Below are positions 1 through 17,029 of a DNA stretch of 64,000 nt, in pieces. The notes below the pieces were generated by a model. The model was not told the origin of the DNA. It worked only from the letters and a program-made list of their open reading frames with translations, and did no database searches. The DNA comes from Peribolospora baueri (taxonomy: Eukaryota): the NCBI GenBank assembly GCA_029717555.1, contig JAMDHS010000060.1, positions 1-64,000 on the forward strand, written 5' to 3'. The number at the start of each line of letters is the position of its first letter. Within the stretch, counting starts at the first letter, position 1. The position numbers and the translations under genes are program-made.

Positions 1-381
1 TTTTTCTTTCCATAGATACGATAGCCGCGGCGCTCGATCTTCCTTCCATTCGATCTCGGTATGAAAACGTCCTCGTAGACGTGGTGGCTTCCACGTCAGG
101 CCGGGGGACTAAAAATAGCAGCTAACTAACTAGCCAAACGATGACTAACTAACTTTTACAGCGCGAGAAGCGAGCTTCAAGAAAACGAAACGCGAGGAGA
201 GGGAAGAGAAGAAGAATGAAAGGATGGGGAGGAGGGCCCGTGTGGACGGGTGGAGGACGCAATCGACGACGGAAGAGATGGGAGTTCCAAGACGGGGTAT
301 GAGGGGTACGCCGAACTGCGTCCATCATCGAGCCGAGCCGTCGCCGTGTCCCAAACCGATACACGATCTCGACCTGTCCCG

Positions 382-2367
382 TCAGTGGCCGCCGATGTGG
401 CCCTCGACGTCGGCCGCGTGCACGTTCTCGGTGATGAGCTTGCGGCGGTACGCGCCGGACCTCATGGGGGATGCGTTCTGGTACAGCAGGTCGACCTGCT
501 CGAGCGTGAGGCGGTGCGTCTCGGGGATGAAGAAGGCGGTGAAGGCGAGGCAGCCAAAGCAGCACGCGCCCCAGATGAAGAAGACCTTGGCACCAAGGTT
601 GGCGTGGCCCGCACCCGGGTCGACGAGGTAAGCTGAGCCGTGCGGCGACGACGACGATGACGAGGGAAGACGGTTTGCCGGTGAGCTTATGAACCTATGC
701 GACGTGCCAGAGGACATGAGGGAAATGGCACTCACGAGTGGCGTAACCGATGCCAAAATTCCAGAGCCAGTTGGACGCCGTGGACATGGACATGGCTTTG
801 GCGCGGATGGCCTGGGGGTAAATCTCGCCGGTGACGACCCAGGCGACGGGACCCCAGGTGGCGGCGAAGTGGCCAATGTCTGGAGGGTACGAAGCGAAAG
901 TCGCACACTGCGTAAGTACGGGCAGAGAGGACGCGGAGAAAACAGGAACAAAAGGCTAGGACGTCACTCACAGATGCAGACAAAGGCAATAAGGACCTTC
1001 TGACCGGCCAAGTTGGTGACCGGCACGGTCACACCGACGATGGCGACGATGAACTCGCAGATGCACATGACGGCGGCGCCGTAAAGAAGGAGAGTGCGGC
1101 GACCGAGGCGGTCGACGGCGAAGATACCCGGCAAGGTCATGCCGACGTTAACGACATTCGTAGCGATCGTGATGATGAAGGGGTTGGAGATGCCGGAGCG
1201 CTTGAAGAAGGTGGTTCCGTAGTAGAAAATGAAGTTGATACCGCTGGAAGGGAAAAAAAAAGAAAAAGATGAGAGGGAACGTGAGCACGAAGACGTGCGA
1301 CGATCGACAACGCGGCCCCGGCTATACCGCGGACGAATGAGAAACAACGTACGAGAGCTGCTGCCACGCCTGAAGGAAAATACCGGTCAGAGTACGGAGC
1401 CTGTTCTTTCCAGGGCCGTTCCTGAAGCAGTCGAGGTACGAAGTGGCGCCGATCTCGCGCTCGTGGTTGAGGGCAGCCTGGATGTCGTTGAATTCCTCGG
1501 CGACCTCCTCCGAACCGGGCTCGGCGACGAGGAGGCGGCTGAGCGAGTTGCGGGCATCCTCGTCCTTACCCTTCATGACGAGCCAGCGGGGAGACTCGGG
1601 GAGGAAGAGCATGCCGGCGGAGAGGACGAAAGCCCAGACGAACTGGATGCCGATGGGGATACGGTACGAGGAAGCGTCGGCATGGTCCTTGGTGGCGTTG
1701 ACAACAACGGCAGCGATGAGGAGTCCAATGGTGATGAACCACTGGTAGCAGGAGACGACACCACCACGAGCCCACTTGGGCGAGCACTCGCTCTGGTACA
1801 TGGGAACCAAGCAAGAGACCATTCCGACGCCAAGACCGGCAAAGACACGGCCGACAGCGAAGACGGGAATGCGGGTGGCAGCGGTCTGGAGAGCGACGCC
1901 GATGACGAAGATGAGGCAGGCGAACATGAGACCGAATCGACGACCGAGGATGTCACCGGCGGGGTAAGCGCCGAGGGCGCCGAAGAAGGTACCAGCGGAA
2001 AGGATCGAGGTGACGAGCGAGTCCTGGGCAGTGGTGATCGCGTAAGGCGCGGCTGGGTTGCCGGTGGCGTGGCCGAAGCTCTGGAGCCAGAAAGGCATCT
2101 CCTTGACGCCGGCGATGTAACCGGTGTCGTACCCGTAGAGCAAACCTGAGATGAGAAAGTGGGGAGAGATGAGCTTTGCGAAGGTATGTGCGAAAAAGCG
2201 GGGTCGGTCGGACAGAAAAGCGACTACTTACCACCGAAGGCGGCGAAGATGGTCATGAGCAACGCGGGCAGCCTGCTCCTGAAATCCTTGGGGACTTCGG
2301 CCCGCCGAGGGCGGCCCTGTGCCAGCTCATGCTTCTCGTCCGAAGACATCTGCACGTTGTCTCCCAT
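382..2367 (-). CDS. MFS sugar porter / hexose transporter, 5 exons (2367-2232, 2145-1353, 1243-972, 879-736, 632-382)
   Basis: Sugar porter motifs FGG.LYGYDTG, D.LGRR, PMYQSE, PESPRWL, QQLSGINFIFYYG, WGPVAWVVTGEIYP, PET; canonical GT-AG introns join in frame. Confidence 0.95.
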
Positions 2368-2550
2368 TGTGAATGTATGGCGTGAGAGAAGGGAGGGGAG
2401 GAGGGGGCGTAGGAAGAGGGGAGGAAAAGCGAGGGAAGGCGAAGGAGGGGAGGAGGAAGAGGGAGGGAAGAGGGAGTGAGAGGGGAGGTCCTTGGCGAGG
2501 GGAGCAAGGGTGGGCAAGAAGAAGGGGAACCATAACGCCGGCAGAGGGAG

Positions 2551-2602
2551 TTTTTATAGGCATGAAAAGCGGGCCACGGCGGGCGGGGCGGGGGACGCGG
2601 GG
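2551..2602 (-). promoter_or_regulatory. TATA box (TATAAAAA, 2558-2551) with three adjacent GCGGGG Mig1/CreA-type boxes
   Basis: TATA followed by a CT-rich leader about 185 bp upstream of the transporter ATG; GCGGGG at 2583, 2588 and 2597. Confidence 0.5.
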
Positions 2603-3170
2603 AAATGAGATGGAGTCCCCAGGGGGTAACGGCAAAGGCCGGGGCAAGGGAGGAGGAGAAAGGGCGGAGGAAAGAAGGAAGCATAGGGGGCGGATGCTGG
2701 AAGGGAAGATGGCGTCCACGTGAGGCGCACGACGGCATGCCCGACTGTGGAAGGTAGCACGAGGTCCGCCGAGCCGCAGCAGGCCGCAGGTCGCTTGTCG
2801 CTTGTACTGTAATTGGGGTATTGGTTCTTGTATGGAATTCGGGACCGACTTTATTGGTCCCTGAATGGAGATGGAGATCCACTGCCCGCACATCACGGGG
2901 GCAGATTACAGGCACCGACACTGAGTCTCGACCGTTGCCCAGATGCGGTGCTCGGCTGGCTTGCTTGGTCGCCGTGCCCAGCTCGGAGCCAGACAGAGTG
3001 AGACGTCGAAAAAGAGGGACCGGACGCCCGGGCCGGCAAGCAAGGACAGTAGTTGTCGCCAGCCGAACAACAAAACACGAAGCAAGGACGACGACGACGA
3101 GCGGCTAGGCACGATGGGCCCAAGGGCAGCCCCGTACGCGGTGAATTAACGTCAACATATTAGCTATGAG

Positions 3171-4511
3171 CTACCCCCCCTCATCGTCGCTCTCCTCGAG
3201 CGCGGAAAGCTCGCTGCTCTCTGCCCCGCCAGACACCTCCTCCTCTTCTTCTTCTTCCTCTTCTTCCTCCTCCTCCTCGTCCTCGATTGCACCTGCGGCG
3301 GACCCAGTCTGGGCCCGGCGCGCCGCCAAAAATGCGCGTGGCGCCTCATCGGAACAAGGCACGCCGCCCAGTTCGCTTCCGCCTTCCCCTACTTCTCCTT
3401 CGCCTGAAGGCCTCGCCTCCGTCGGTTCAGCCTCAGCGTCCGCCCTGTCGGTGTCCCCCCGTGTCGGAGAACCGCCGCCGACGCCGTTGGAGACGACGAC
3501 TTCCACCCCTTCCCCTTCGCCGTGGTCGCCGTCGGTCTTTTGTCTCTTCTCCGCCATCCCACCTCTTGTCGTCCAAGTCTCCGCCTCCTTCTCCTCCTCC
3601 TTCTTCTCCTCGTCCCTTCCCCTCACCAGCTCCCTCACCCTCTTCCCTACCACCGCTCCGAACCGGCCCTCTGTGCTTAGCACCGCAGCCTCCTCCCCGC
3701 CATCCCCGTCGCCCGCACCTCCCGGCTCACTCTTGGTGAGAGCGCCCATAGCCCTCGCGACGGCGGGAAATCGATCGATGTGATCCAAGAGCTCCTTCAG
3801 ACCGTCGCCGCTGCCAATGTAGCTATAGTTGTGGGAGAAGGAGGCGGTGAACGGGAGATGGTTGTCCTTGCCGGCCGACGAGGCCAGCAGCTCTTCTTCG
3901 CGGTCGAGGAGGATGGTCTCGACGCGGTGTCGGAGGTCGTCGTATGCCGACTGTCCGTACGGGGGGAAGGAAAGGAATGATACAACGACGCTTCAGACTT
4001 TAGCGCACAAGGAAGGCCGGACAGACGTGTCGGCCGGCAAAGGCGTACCCATCGATACGGCCCCGAAATACAAAATGAGAGGCTCACACTGTTTTTGAAA
4101 TGAGCCAGCACCTGCTTTCGCACGTCGTCGAAGTACCCCGCCGCTTTGAACCTGCGCAGGGGGAGGGGGGTTGCGATGGAAAGCACGGCGAGCCAATAAT
4201 CACATCAGAACCACGTGATTGCTGTTGCAGTACCACCTGCTCGTACAGCCCCCTCACACCCTCCCGTGTGAAGAAGCAAACGAAAACAGCGAACCATCTG
4301 CTGCAGTCTTAACTCACTGTGCCACAATGTCCTGGGGTGTCCGCTTCGCCTCTGCCATCGCGACGCCCTCTCGCTGCTGCGTGTCTGGATGCTGCAGCCG
4401 CCCTTGCTCTCGATCGTTTCCCGCCGCCTCTCCCTCTCCCTCCCGAGGAGGTCGAGGATCCGCCGGCGCTCGACCTGGACGGTCGGTATCGGGACGGTGG
4501 TCTGCGGACAT
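3171..4511 (-). CDS. COMPASS Shg1/BOD1-domain protein with acidic C-terminal tail, 3 exons
   Basis: Spliced TPQDIVAQ-FKAAGYFDDVRKQVLAHF matches the Shg1/BOD1 FK..G.FD..R motif; introns 4317-4152 and about 4087-3950. Confidence 0.7.
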
Positions 4512-5068
4512 GGTGAAGAAGGCTTAGAAAAGCAAGGCGGCAGGCGGGTTGCTCAGCCGTCGTCGTCCTCTTCATTGCCAATGAAGAAGACCCGGGTGAA
4601 GATGGGCGGGCGGGAGTGATAAGATCGCATGCCCTCGCTCCGAGTTAGGGTTATCCCAACCCGCCCCGTCCGTGGAAGCTCGTTTCCGTTGGACGCCCCA
4701 ACGAGGTGGACGAAGCTACCTGACGGCGTTGCCAAAGGATATAAGTCGCAGTCGGCTGGGGGACCGGTTGGAGAGAAAGACTTGCCTGCAGTACATCACC
4801 CAGACGGCCCACCCACTCAGAGACGTCGTGTCGCTTCCTTGGCAAGGTGAGCGTGAAGGAGCATAGAAAGAAGTGCTGCCCGGCCCGAGCGTAGGCCGGA
4901 CGAGCTGGCGCGGCGTTTAGCGGCGATGTGCAACCGGTCCTCCCCCATGGCCGACCTGAAGGATGGAGGGAAGGATAGGATCGATGGCAGGCAGAATCTC
5001 CTCAGCCCAACCACTGATTTCCACCCGCGGTCGCCTTTCTTCTTCTTCTTCTTCTTCTTCTTCTGCTC

Positions 5069-6819
<1,751 letters not shown>

Positions 6820-7830
6820 ACATTTGCTATCTATCTATCACACTCTCGACTGATTGCCCACCTGGGCCTGGCCAGATTCCGTCTTCCTCGTCGAGTTCTG
6901 GCTAAGGGAGACGGCCACACACTCAGGGTCGCAGTCAGTCTTGCGGAACGAAATCTAATACCACCCGTGCGACGTGACGTACACGTTCATCTCGACATTA
7001 ATTAGAGAACAGAGCCGAGGTTGGCGATGACCGTGGACGGCGAGAGCCGTCGATAGCGGAATGACCCTAAGGGCCGACGCTTAGAAAATGTGTCCAGAGG
7101 GAGAGAGACGAGCGGAGTTACCGAGAGAGGAACGGAGGACTTAATCGCCTCGATGTGCCCCCACTGGGGGGCGGGGCGTCCTCCCGCTTATGGGGCCGCT
7201 CACCAGGGACGCGGTGGAGCCCACGTCGACGATCGGAGACGGTGCCCTTTCGACGACGAAGACGGGGGCTTGACGAACTTGGGAAAAAGAGGCGACGATA
7301 AGCGCTGGATGCTCGTTGGTCTTTGGGTCCCGCGAGAAAGGACGGTAGCGTGCGTAGTGAGAGAAGCAGAGCAGAGGAAGAGGGGAAGGACGGACGACCG
7401 GCATTTTAAACAGAGCCGTCCTTTCAAGGATGGCCATCCGAAGCCGACTGGGCGGCGCCAACTGCGCCGAGCAGGACGTGCGGAAGGAGTACGTCCCCCG
7501 GAAGGGCGGAGATTTTGGCATCTGCTAGTCACTTTCTATGGAATACGTATCCTTGCGCATGTCGGAGTTCACGTCGAGTCCTTTTTCTTACTCGTATCTG
7601 GGTCTGCTTCCGGCAAGGACAAAAATGCCCGGCCTCGTGGGACGAGGCAGATTGGGGCCGGTAGTGTTGGTAAAAATCAGCCAACCTGATGATATATGTC
7701 ACCCATTTCCGCAGTATCCGACAGACATGCCATGCGTAGGAAAGGCTGTGCCGAACCAAGGATATGAGGATACGGTCACGGGAGGGAAGGAAGAGAAGGG
7801 GAAGGACGGGGACACGGCTCTTCTCCTAAA

Positions 7831-9054
7831 TCACATGAACTCAAGGTCGCCGTCGTCCAAGGCTTCATCGCCGTACGCTTTGAGGTCGTGCCTGCGCGTG
7901 GAAAGAGCATTCAAGAAAAGGTGAAAGATGTGAGCGCAGGACAAATTAAGGTAACCTGTATCCAGCAACTTACGACAAGAACGCCTTGACGTTGCCAGCG
8001 CCAGCAGGCTTAGCCTTGGCAGCACCCTTCTTTCCCCCCTTTTTGTCTTTTTCCGCCTTCACCTTTTCCTCCGCCAACTCCTTCAACTTGGTCGCCGCCT
8101 TGCGCACCTCGGCGTCGCGCAGGGGACCGCAAAGGAGGCGGGAGAAGGGGATGACGAAGTTGTCAACGAACTTGGGCTTGGAGGCGTACTTCTTGATGAA
8201 CTCGTCGAAGAGGAGTTGCCCGTACGCTTCGAAGTCTTCCTTAGAGCTGGGTTCCATAGAGCGTAGCTGGGAGATGGCATCGCCTAGTTTCCATGGGAAA
8301 GAGCGCGGAAGGAAGAATAGAGCAAGAGTTCGTCAGAAAGATGTACAGAGTGGCAAAAACGAGAGCAAGCAACCGGCTCACCCTGACTTATGTTAGTTTG
8401 CCCAAGCAAATCCGCCGCATTGGCGATGTCGGCCTTGATCTGCGCCTCCCTCTCCTTTCGGCGCTTTTCTCGCGGGTCCACGTCCCACTCTTCCTCCTCG
8501 GACTACATGCGCATTACAGGCAAAAAGAGCGACGCAAACGGTTTGAGTCAATTTCTTCCCGCAACGAACAACAGCAGGCATACAGGCGATAGGTGTACGC
8601 AAGCCGCGGCTTGGAGAAGAAACCACTCACGATGATGTCAGCCTCCCCAGCCTCCTTTCGAGCCGCCTCAGCCGCCTCTTTCTCCGCAATCTTCTTCTTC
8701 ACAGTACCCTTCTTCTTCGGCGGTGGCAAGGGAGCAGGTGACGGCGGCTCTTCGTCTTCCTCCTCCCAGTCGTCCTGCCCGCGGTACAATGGAAGGGAGA
8801 CTCTTCAAATCAGCATTGCCTCCTCGTCCGTACGCTTGTTACTTATGCCTCCTCATCAACCCACCTTGATATCATCCTCAACGTCCTCGTCAGCAAACTT
8901 GCTCTTAGCCTTGGAGACAAAAGTAGGCGCCGGGGCAGGCGCGTCGTCGTTCTCTGAAGCCGAGACGAGCGAGGTTTTGCACATGTCGGATATGTGAGTT
9001 TCTCGTCGCCCGACGCCGAAAACGAGAGTAAAATGGCTCACCCCAGTCGGACAT
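7831..9054 (-). CDS. HCR1: Translation initiation factor eIF3 subunit j
   Basis: MSDWE start (13-nt first exon), acidic DDWEEED segment, AQIKADIANAADLLG, C-terminal DDGDLEFM. Confidence 0.85.
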
Positions 9055-9363
9055 CTTGAAACCAAATCTACGTCCTTCTTATCAAGACACGATGCTGCAA
9101 TGGGGGATGTTGCCACAATCAAAGGTATATGTTCTCGTTCACTTGACGCCTCCCTCCCTTCGAGCTTGCCATTTATCTCCCGAACCGAGAGTGTATAAAA
9201 GAAAGAAGACCGTCAATGGCCGCTTTTCTCCGCACAAGCACGTGAAATTACGTAAACTTATCAGGAGCAAGAAGACCGACGAGGCCAAAGCGAGAAGAAG
9301 CGAGAAGTGAAGGAGACGACCAGGTGGGCACGACCTCCAACTATTTCCCTCTAAGCGCCAGCC

Positions 9364-11063
<1,700 letters not shown>

Positions 11064-11293
11064 TTGCCTATGCACGAGATTTCCGAGGACTAGCTCTATC
11101 TCATCCGCACATTTTGTACTTTTAGTCCCACGTCGTCCTCGCAAGCTTAGACTTTGTCTCGCCACCTTATCTGATCTTAGTTTTGGCTGACAGCGAGACG
11201 TCCGTTTGATAGCTCTGCCGCAAAAAGATTGCAGAGAAAAAAAAAGCTAAATTCTCCGCAGTATTCCAGACTCTACATCCCAGACTCCCTACG

Positions 11294-14200
11294 CTATGAT
11301 CTGTTAGAGCTGGCGTTGGTCTTCCTTCTGTCTCGTTCGCCACTTTTCGCCAACTCCTTCTTCTTCTTCAGCAGCTTCTTCTCGTCTAGCTCATGGGCTG
11401 TCGCACCCTTCTCCTCTTCGGTACCTTTCCGCTTCTGACCGGTGACAACATTGCCGCTGGCGCCCGCGTTGGCTGGCGATTTCTTGTTCGCTGCATTGGC
11501 GCTCTTGTCGACCAAGGCGAGCAACTGACGGAAAAGACCGTGAAGCGACGCGGAAGTTTTGAACTGCTCCGAAGCGGCGACCTCGTCGGCGAGTTTCGAT
11601 AGCGCCGGCACGTCCCAGATCTCCTTCACCCGCTCGTCCGAAACAGCCACCAGACGTTTCGTGATGCGGACAGCTTGGAGGGCAAACTTCAGCGTGTCTT
11701 TGAGGTGGTTGACGTTGATGGACGACTCGGCAGTCGAAACGGCATGGGAGATGAAAGCGTACAGAGTCTGGCAGACAGAGGGTATGAACGCGAGGACAGC
11801 TTCGTCCATACCTGCCTTCGACTGCGTGTAACAGAAGGAAAGACGCATGTCAGAGAACACGTTTAATCCTGCAACGATGCTTCCCCCTGACAAACGTGAG
11901 GAAGGTGAGGAACAACCACTCACGAAGGCCTGGACCTGTGTGAGCAAAACCTGGAGCAAGTTCCACGCCTGCACCTGCCGAAACACCTTCGTAGTGCTCG
12001 TCGCTGAGCAAGCCTCCAGCATGCGCAATCGCAGATGCCAGCCATGGAGCGGGAAACGGCGAATAAACTCGGCGAAAAAGTTTGGGTTAAGTCGAGAGTT
12101 CTTCCGGTCGAAGAAGTCGTCGAGGGACTTGCGATACGCTTCCAGCACTGGATTGGCCTCTTGTGATGATTCATGGTCGACGCCGGACAGCAGGATCTTG
12201 GAGAGATAGAGGCTAGATTGGTTGGACAGAGCTGCAAGCTCGGAAGACTGGCTGGTCCGCGCTACTTGGTGCATGTCCTGCAGCACGCTCGCCACCTCCT
12301 CCGAGGGCGCATTGGAAGGGTACTCCTTGGCTTTGAACAGCCGGCTGCGGAGCAGAGCGCTCGCTTTCGCTGAGACTTGCGCCTCCAACTTGTCCGCGTC
12401 TCGGACGATCTCGAAAAGAGGTCGGACGAGGCGAACGACGAGGGGATTGGAAGCCTGCTTTTTGGCAAAGATATCGAGGAGATCCAGTACCTTGTTCCGG
12501 AAGTCTATGTTTTCCCGCTTGGCGTCTGCAGAGACAGCATGAGGAGGATAAGTGACTGCTAGTGGCAGGGCCTCGCAGAGACCCGGTCAAAGTCCGGTAG
12601 GGGCGGCGGCAACACACCTTTACGCTCCTTCTTTGCAAGAGCTTGCGACCGGAAGATTTCAGCGAGCTGGTCATCGAGCTGCATCATCTGATCGTCATCC
12701 ATCGCCGATACGCTCGATGCGCCGTCCGAGTCTTTGTCGTCGTCATCGCTGTTACTTTCGCCGTCGTCAGCGATGCCATTGACCTTGAGCGCCTCTGCAA
12801 TCCGTCGCCGTAGCTCAGGATCGACCTCCGCTTCGTCGTCATCGTCATCTTCATCATCATCTCCTTCTCCGTCGTCATCGTCATCGTCTTCTTCGTCTTC
12901 TTCGTCCCCTGTCTGCTCGCCCTCATCTTCTTCTCCATCCACGTCCATATCATCTTCCTCATCAACCTCGGGCTCCGGCCCGGTCCCGAGCTGGTCGAGG
13001 AGATGGTCGATACTCTCTTCTGTCATGGCGGAACTATTCAGAGCAAAGACCTGGGTCGCCACAGCGCGGGCGAACGCAGATGGCCGCTCGAGGTAGCCTA
13101 TGAGACTGTCCACGAGGACAGTCTCCCCAGAAGGTTCGTCTTCCGATGGCTCCGGGGTGCGTTTGCCGCCTTCCGGGAAGAGGCGGTTCGCGCACTCGAT
13201 CAAGGGCTGAGGTGGAAGAAAGGAAGGAAGTGAGGAGCGTGTCTCAATACGAGAAGAGCGATGGCGGAAACTCACCTCAATGAGTTCAAGAGCCTCCTCG
13301 GGCTCTTCCCACGAGAGCACGAGGGTAGAGAGAAGTAATAGCTCAAACGCCTTGGTCCGATCTTGGTCGGAATTGGAGGACTGAAGTAATCCCAAGTGGG
13401 GCAAAGGTGCGTAAGAAAAAAGTTAAACAGTTTTTTGGCCCTCAAGACTCCATTGAACTCACTTTGCGCACTCGGCCAAGCGCCTTGACGGCTTGTTTAC
13501 GTGCCTCCAAAGCCTCCTCGTCCACATTCATAACCGGGGTCAGGTGTTTGCGGTCTTGCTCAAGCTTAGAGAGGATACTGAAGGCCTTTGCGAGCCACAA
13601 CTCTCCCGTAGACGTGACACCTTGCACCTTGCGAGTTTTGCCATCGTCGTCTAGAGACCAGCAATCAATTTCATAAATGAGAGCGTATGGTCACGTCAGG
13701 TCTCCGCAGAGCGCACGGATCTTGGACAAAACGTGAGAGCTGCTGACGCACCTTTGAGCAGGGTTGCGTGCTCTGTCAGGTCCGAGAGACAGGCGAGGAT
13801 GCGGGCACGGCAAACTTGGCGGAGTTCGTCCGAGAGCGCAGGCTTGGGCATCGTCTGCAGCGCATGTATCAGAATGGAGGACAGGGATCAGGTCGACCAC
13901 ACAGGACAAGGTTGCATCATATGGAAAACAGGCTCACAGCGAGGTTGCCCTTGGCTTTCTTGTTCACGTTCTTGATGATGAAAAAGCCATGAAGGGCGAA
14001 GAAATCGAGAATGTCGATGACCCACTCGTCGTTCTTGGGGATATTGGCATTGCGGACAAGGAAGAGGAGTTGATCGAAAGCCCACTTCCTTCGCGCTTCC
14101 ACAAGCTTCGGGTCGAAGCTGGAATATCGACAAGGGTAGCTGTTCAACGTGACATGGCTAGAAATGAATAGGATAGGCGCGAAAAAATGGCACTCACTCT

Positions 14201-16082
14201 TCTCCCTCCTCAGAATCACACACAAAGTTCTTCAGATACTCAACATATTGCCCCACGCCCTTTGCGTCCATTGATGCCAGGATACCCTCGACAGTCTTGG
14301 TTTTCGTCACCTGATCAAATCTCTGATTTCCGTTTTTACCGACCAGCTGCGAAACGAGTGTGAAGCCCACGTTAGAATTTTCTTTCGCGACCGACTGGAT
14401 AACGTTTGCGGCGCGGAGAGCGGCCTTGTGGAGCGTGCGGTCTTGGTCGGAGAGGTGGTTGATGATGGAGCGCATGAAGTTTGGGGTGAAGATCAAGGGC
14501 ATCTCCGAGGGAGATAGGCGGGGGAGGAACTTTTCGAAGAGTTGGAAGCCCCAGAACTTGCGCTCGGCAGAGGAAGCTGCAGCGAAAAGATGCTCTGGAA
14601 GACGAAAAGGGACCGAATTGTTAGACTTCAATTTTTTGAACCTGTCTTGCGATGGAAGACACATCGCTCGCTCACCGTCTACCACGACCCTGAACAGCTC
14701 TGGAAGGGAGGCCTTCTCGCCGACAGCCTTCCTCTTCAATTTGGCCTTTGCCGAAGAGGCATCGGTTGAGGGGGCTGTCGACGAGAAAGAGTCGAGAATC
14801 AAATCCCAGATGAAATGAAGCTGAGGCTTCCAAGTGCCGATGGAAACAGCGACGTTCGGCGTCTCTTCGTCGTCATCGGGAGCGGATTCCTAGCCCGCCA
14901 GCGATGGACAGATGGGGTCAGAAAACCAATGCGTAGAGGATGATGAGAGGACGGAGTTCACCTTTAGCACTCGGGTGAAGACGGATAGGTTGGATGAAGA
15001 CAGAAGTTGAGGTTGCTTGAAAGGAGGGCTGACTAGGTTCGCCCAATCTTCATTCTGGAGGAGTAAGAGGATGATAAGAATTTCTTTCCACAACACGGAA
15101 AAGACGTCCAGAGAAGAAGGAAAAAGAGATCGTTTATGAAGCGCTCACCGGAAGCAGCTCCTGGAGCTTGATGGTCAGAGCCATCTTATCCACTGTCCAA
15201 GGATGTCTTGCCCTGTCCGCATACACCTCTTCAAGCAACCAAGTCCTCGCCTGTACACCCCAACTGCACTCCTCTCCCGCCTTCTCCAACCTTTCTATCG
15301 ATTGTAGGAGAACCCACCAACAGCTCTCTCTGAACCATCCCTTTTTGTTACCGCACTTCAGAAGCTCCAACACGGCGGTTTGGAAAGTCTCCAACGTGGA
15401 AGAGGGAGAGAAAAGCAAGGCGGAGTGAACGAGGGCCTGGATACCGAAGAGGCGAGCGAACAGGAGGTCCCGCTCTTCCTGCCCCTTAACAGAGCCCTGA
15501 GGTCGCGAAAACTTGAATAGAAGGACAAGGATCTCGAGTGCTGAGATTTCGGTGAGACGCGATAGAAGCTGGGATGGGGAGAGCGACGATGAACGTTTGC
15601 TCGATCAGTGACAGAACTGTAACGTCGTATTCACAGCATATGCGACTGCAACACGCAAAAAAAAAACTTACCTCTGTCAAAGTAACCGCAAATCCCAATC
15701 GGCTGCTCTCTCTTGGGCTCGCCAACCCTCTGAGCAATCTTCGGATGGCGTAGCTCACGTCTGGCGCGACCTTCCTGTCCAGCGCCTTCTCCACCGAAGC
15801 CTCTTGCTTCGCGAGCCTGCTCTCGTGTGCTGACAGGTCTGGTGCACCGCTCGTCGACGGTTCGGGCTCGCCGTCTCCTGCTCCGTCGGACCCACCCACC
15901 ATATCACTTCTCTCATCGTCCTCTTCGCTCTCCTCATCGTCCTCGTCCCCTTCCTCCGCAGGCGAAGCCGCGAAAGAGTCCTGGTACGCGAGCAGCTCGG
16001 AGACGAGCTTGCTGGAAGCGTCAAGGCGCTCAGACTTGGAGTGAGAGGCGAGGTGCCAATAGAGCGGCAAAATGGCCGACAT
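11294..16082 (-). CDS. POL5: DNA polymerase V/phi (Pol5/MYBBP1A family nucleolar protein), multi-exon
   Basis: LPLYWHLAS, YAIRRLLRGLASPRESSRLGF, EERDLLFARLFG, ERKFWGFQLF, FTPNFMRSIINHL, acidic DDDQMMQLDDQLAEIF. Confidence 0.92.
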
Positions 16083-16485
16083 TCCGCCTACTTCTGGCTG
16101 TCGCTCGTCGGATGTGCCCTTAAAAACTGAAGGTGAACGTCCTCCATCCAGTCGAATTCAAGGACGGCAGGAAGTTGAGAGAAACTGCGGTCAAGCACGT
16201 GACCTGGCCATGCTGCGGCATGCTCGACCTTGTTACAGTCAACCCTGTCTATAAGCATGCATGTTATTTTGCCCGAGGGCATATACTCTATGCATAGTTG
16301 CCCACAGTCGTTGCCACAGTCGATAGCGTCCATCAAGACATGAATTCCACTCGCCACGTAAACAAGTATGACAGCCACGATAGCGATACATTTGGTCAAG
16401 GAATCCTAAGCGATATCAGTGACCTCGTGCCGTGCCGTCGTAGCCGCAAACGGTTACGGGAAGCGCTCCTCCGCGGTGGGAAGTA

Positions 16486-17029
16486 CTACAGGGGGGCGGT
16501 GTCTATTATCTGTTGCAATGGCCACGGCAACGGGGTGACGGGGAAGGAGCGAGAGAGAGTCGAGTAAGTGGGAAGGGAGAGAGAGTCGATTAAGTTCGAG
16601 AGGGAAAGGAGAAGAGAGATACAAAGAGAAGGGACGTCGACGGGAAAGAGACAGCAGGGAAGCAAACCAAAAAAAACAACCTTTACAATGGTGTCGAGGG
16701 CAAGACGGCGCATTCAGCTTTGCAAGATGCGCCTCGAGGCGACAAGGCGAAGGTGACCGGCCAGACGGTGAGAGTGCTGGCCCAGCAAAGGGAGAGGTGG
16801 TGGTGAGGGAGATCGGCTCGCTGTCTGGATTGTAAAGGTTGTTTTTTGGTTTGCTTCCCTGCTGTCTCTTTCCCGTCGACGTCCCTTCTCTTTGTATCTC
16901 TCTTCTCCTTTCCCTCTCGAACTTAATCGACTCTCTCTCCCTTCCCACTTACTCGACTCTCTCTCGCTCCTTCCCTCTCACCCCGTTGCCGTCGCCATTG
17001 CAACAGAAAAGACACCGCCCCCCCTGTAG
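16486..17029. mobile_element. Non-autonomous foldback/MITE-like DNA transposon with about 200-bp terminal inverted repeats, TA-flanked
   Basis: 16486-16689 is a near-perfect reverse complement of 16829-17029; ends read TA-CTACAGGGGGG ... CCCCCCTGTAG-TA; 139-bp spacer. Confidence 0.85.

Noticed and set aside
325..384. TGA-CGG stop read-through of the hexose transporter
   Set aside because: The extension ends in SAR with no targeting signal, and the context is not the TGA-CTA type known for fungal read-through
4644..4653. Telomere-like GTTAGGGTTA (also CCCTAACCCT near 10896) as a telomerase template or telobox
   Set aside because: Isolated 10-mers; the second is simply an intron branch site; no supporting structure
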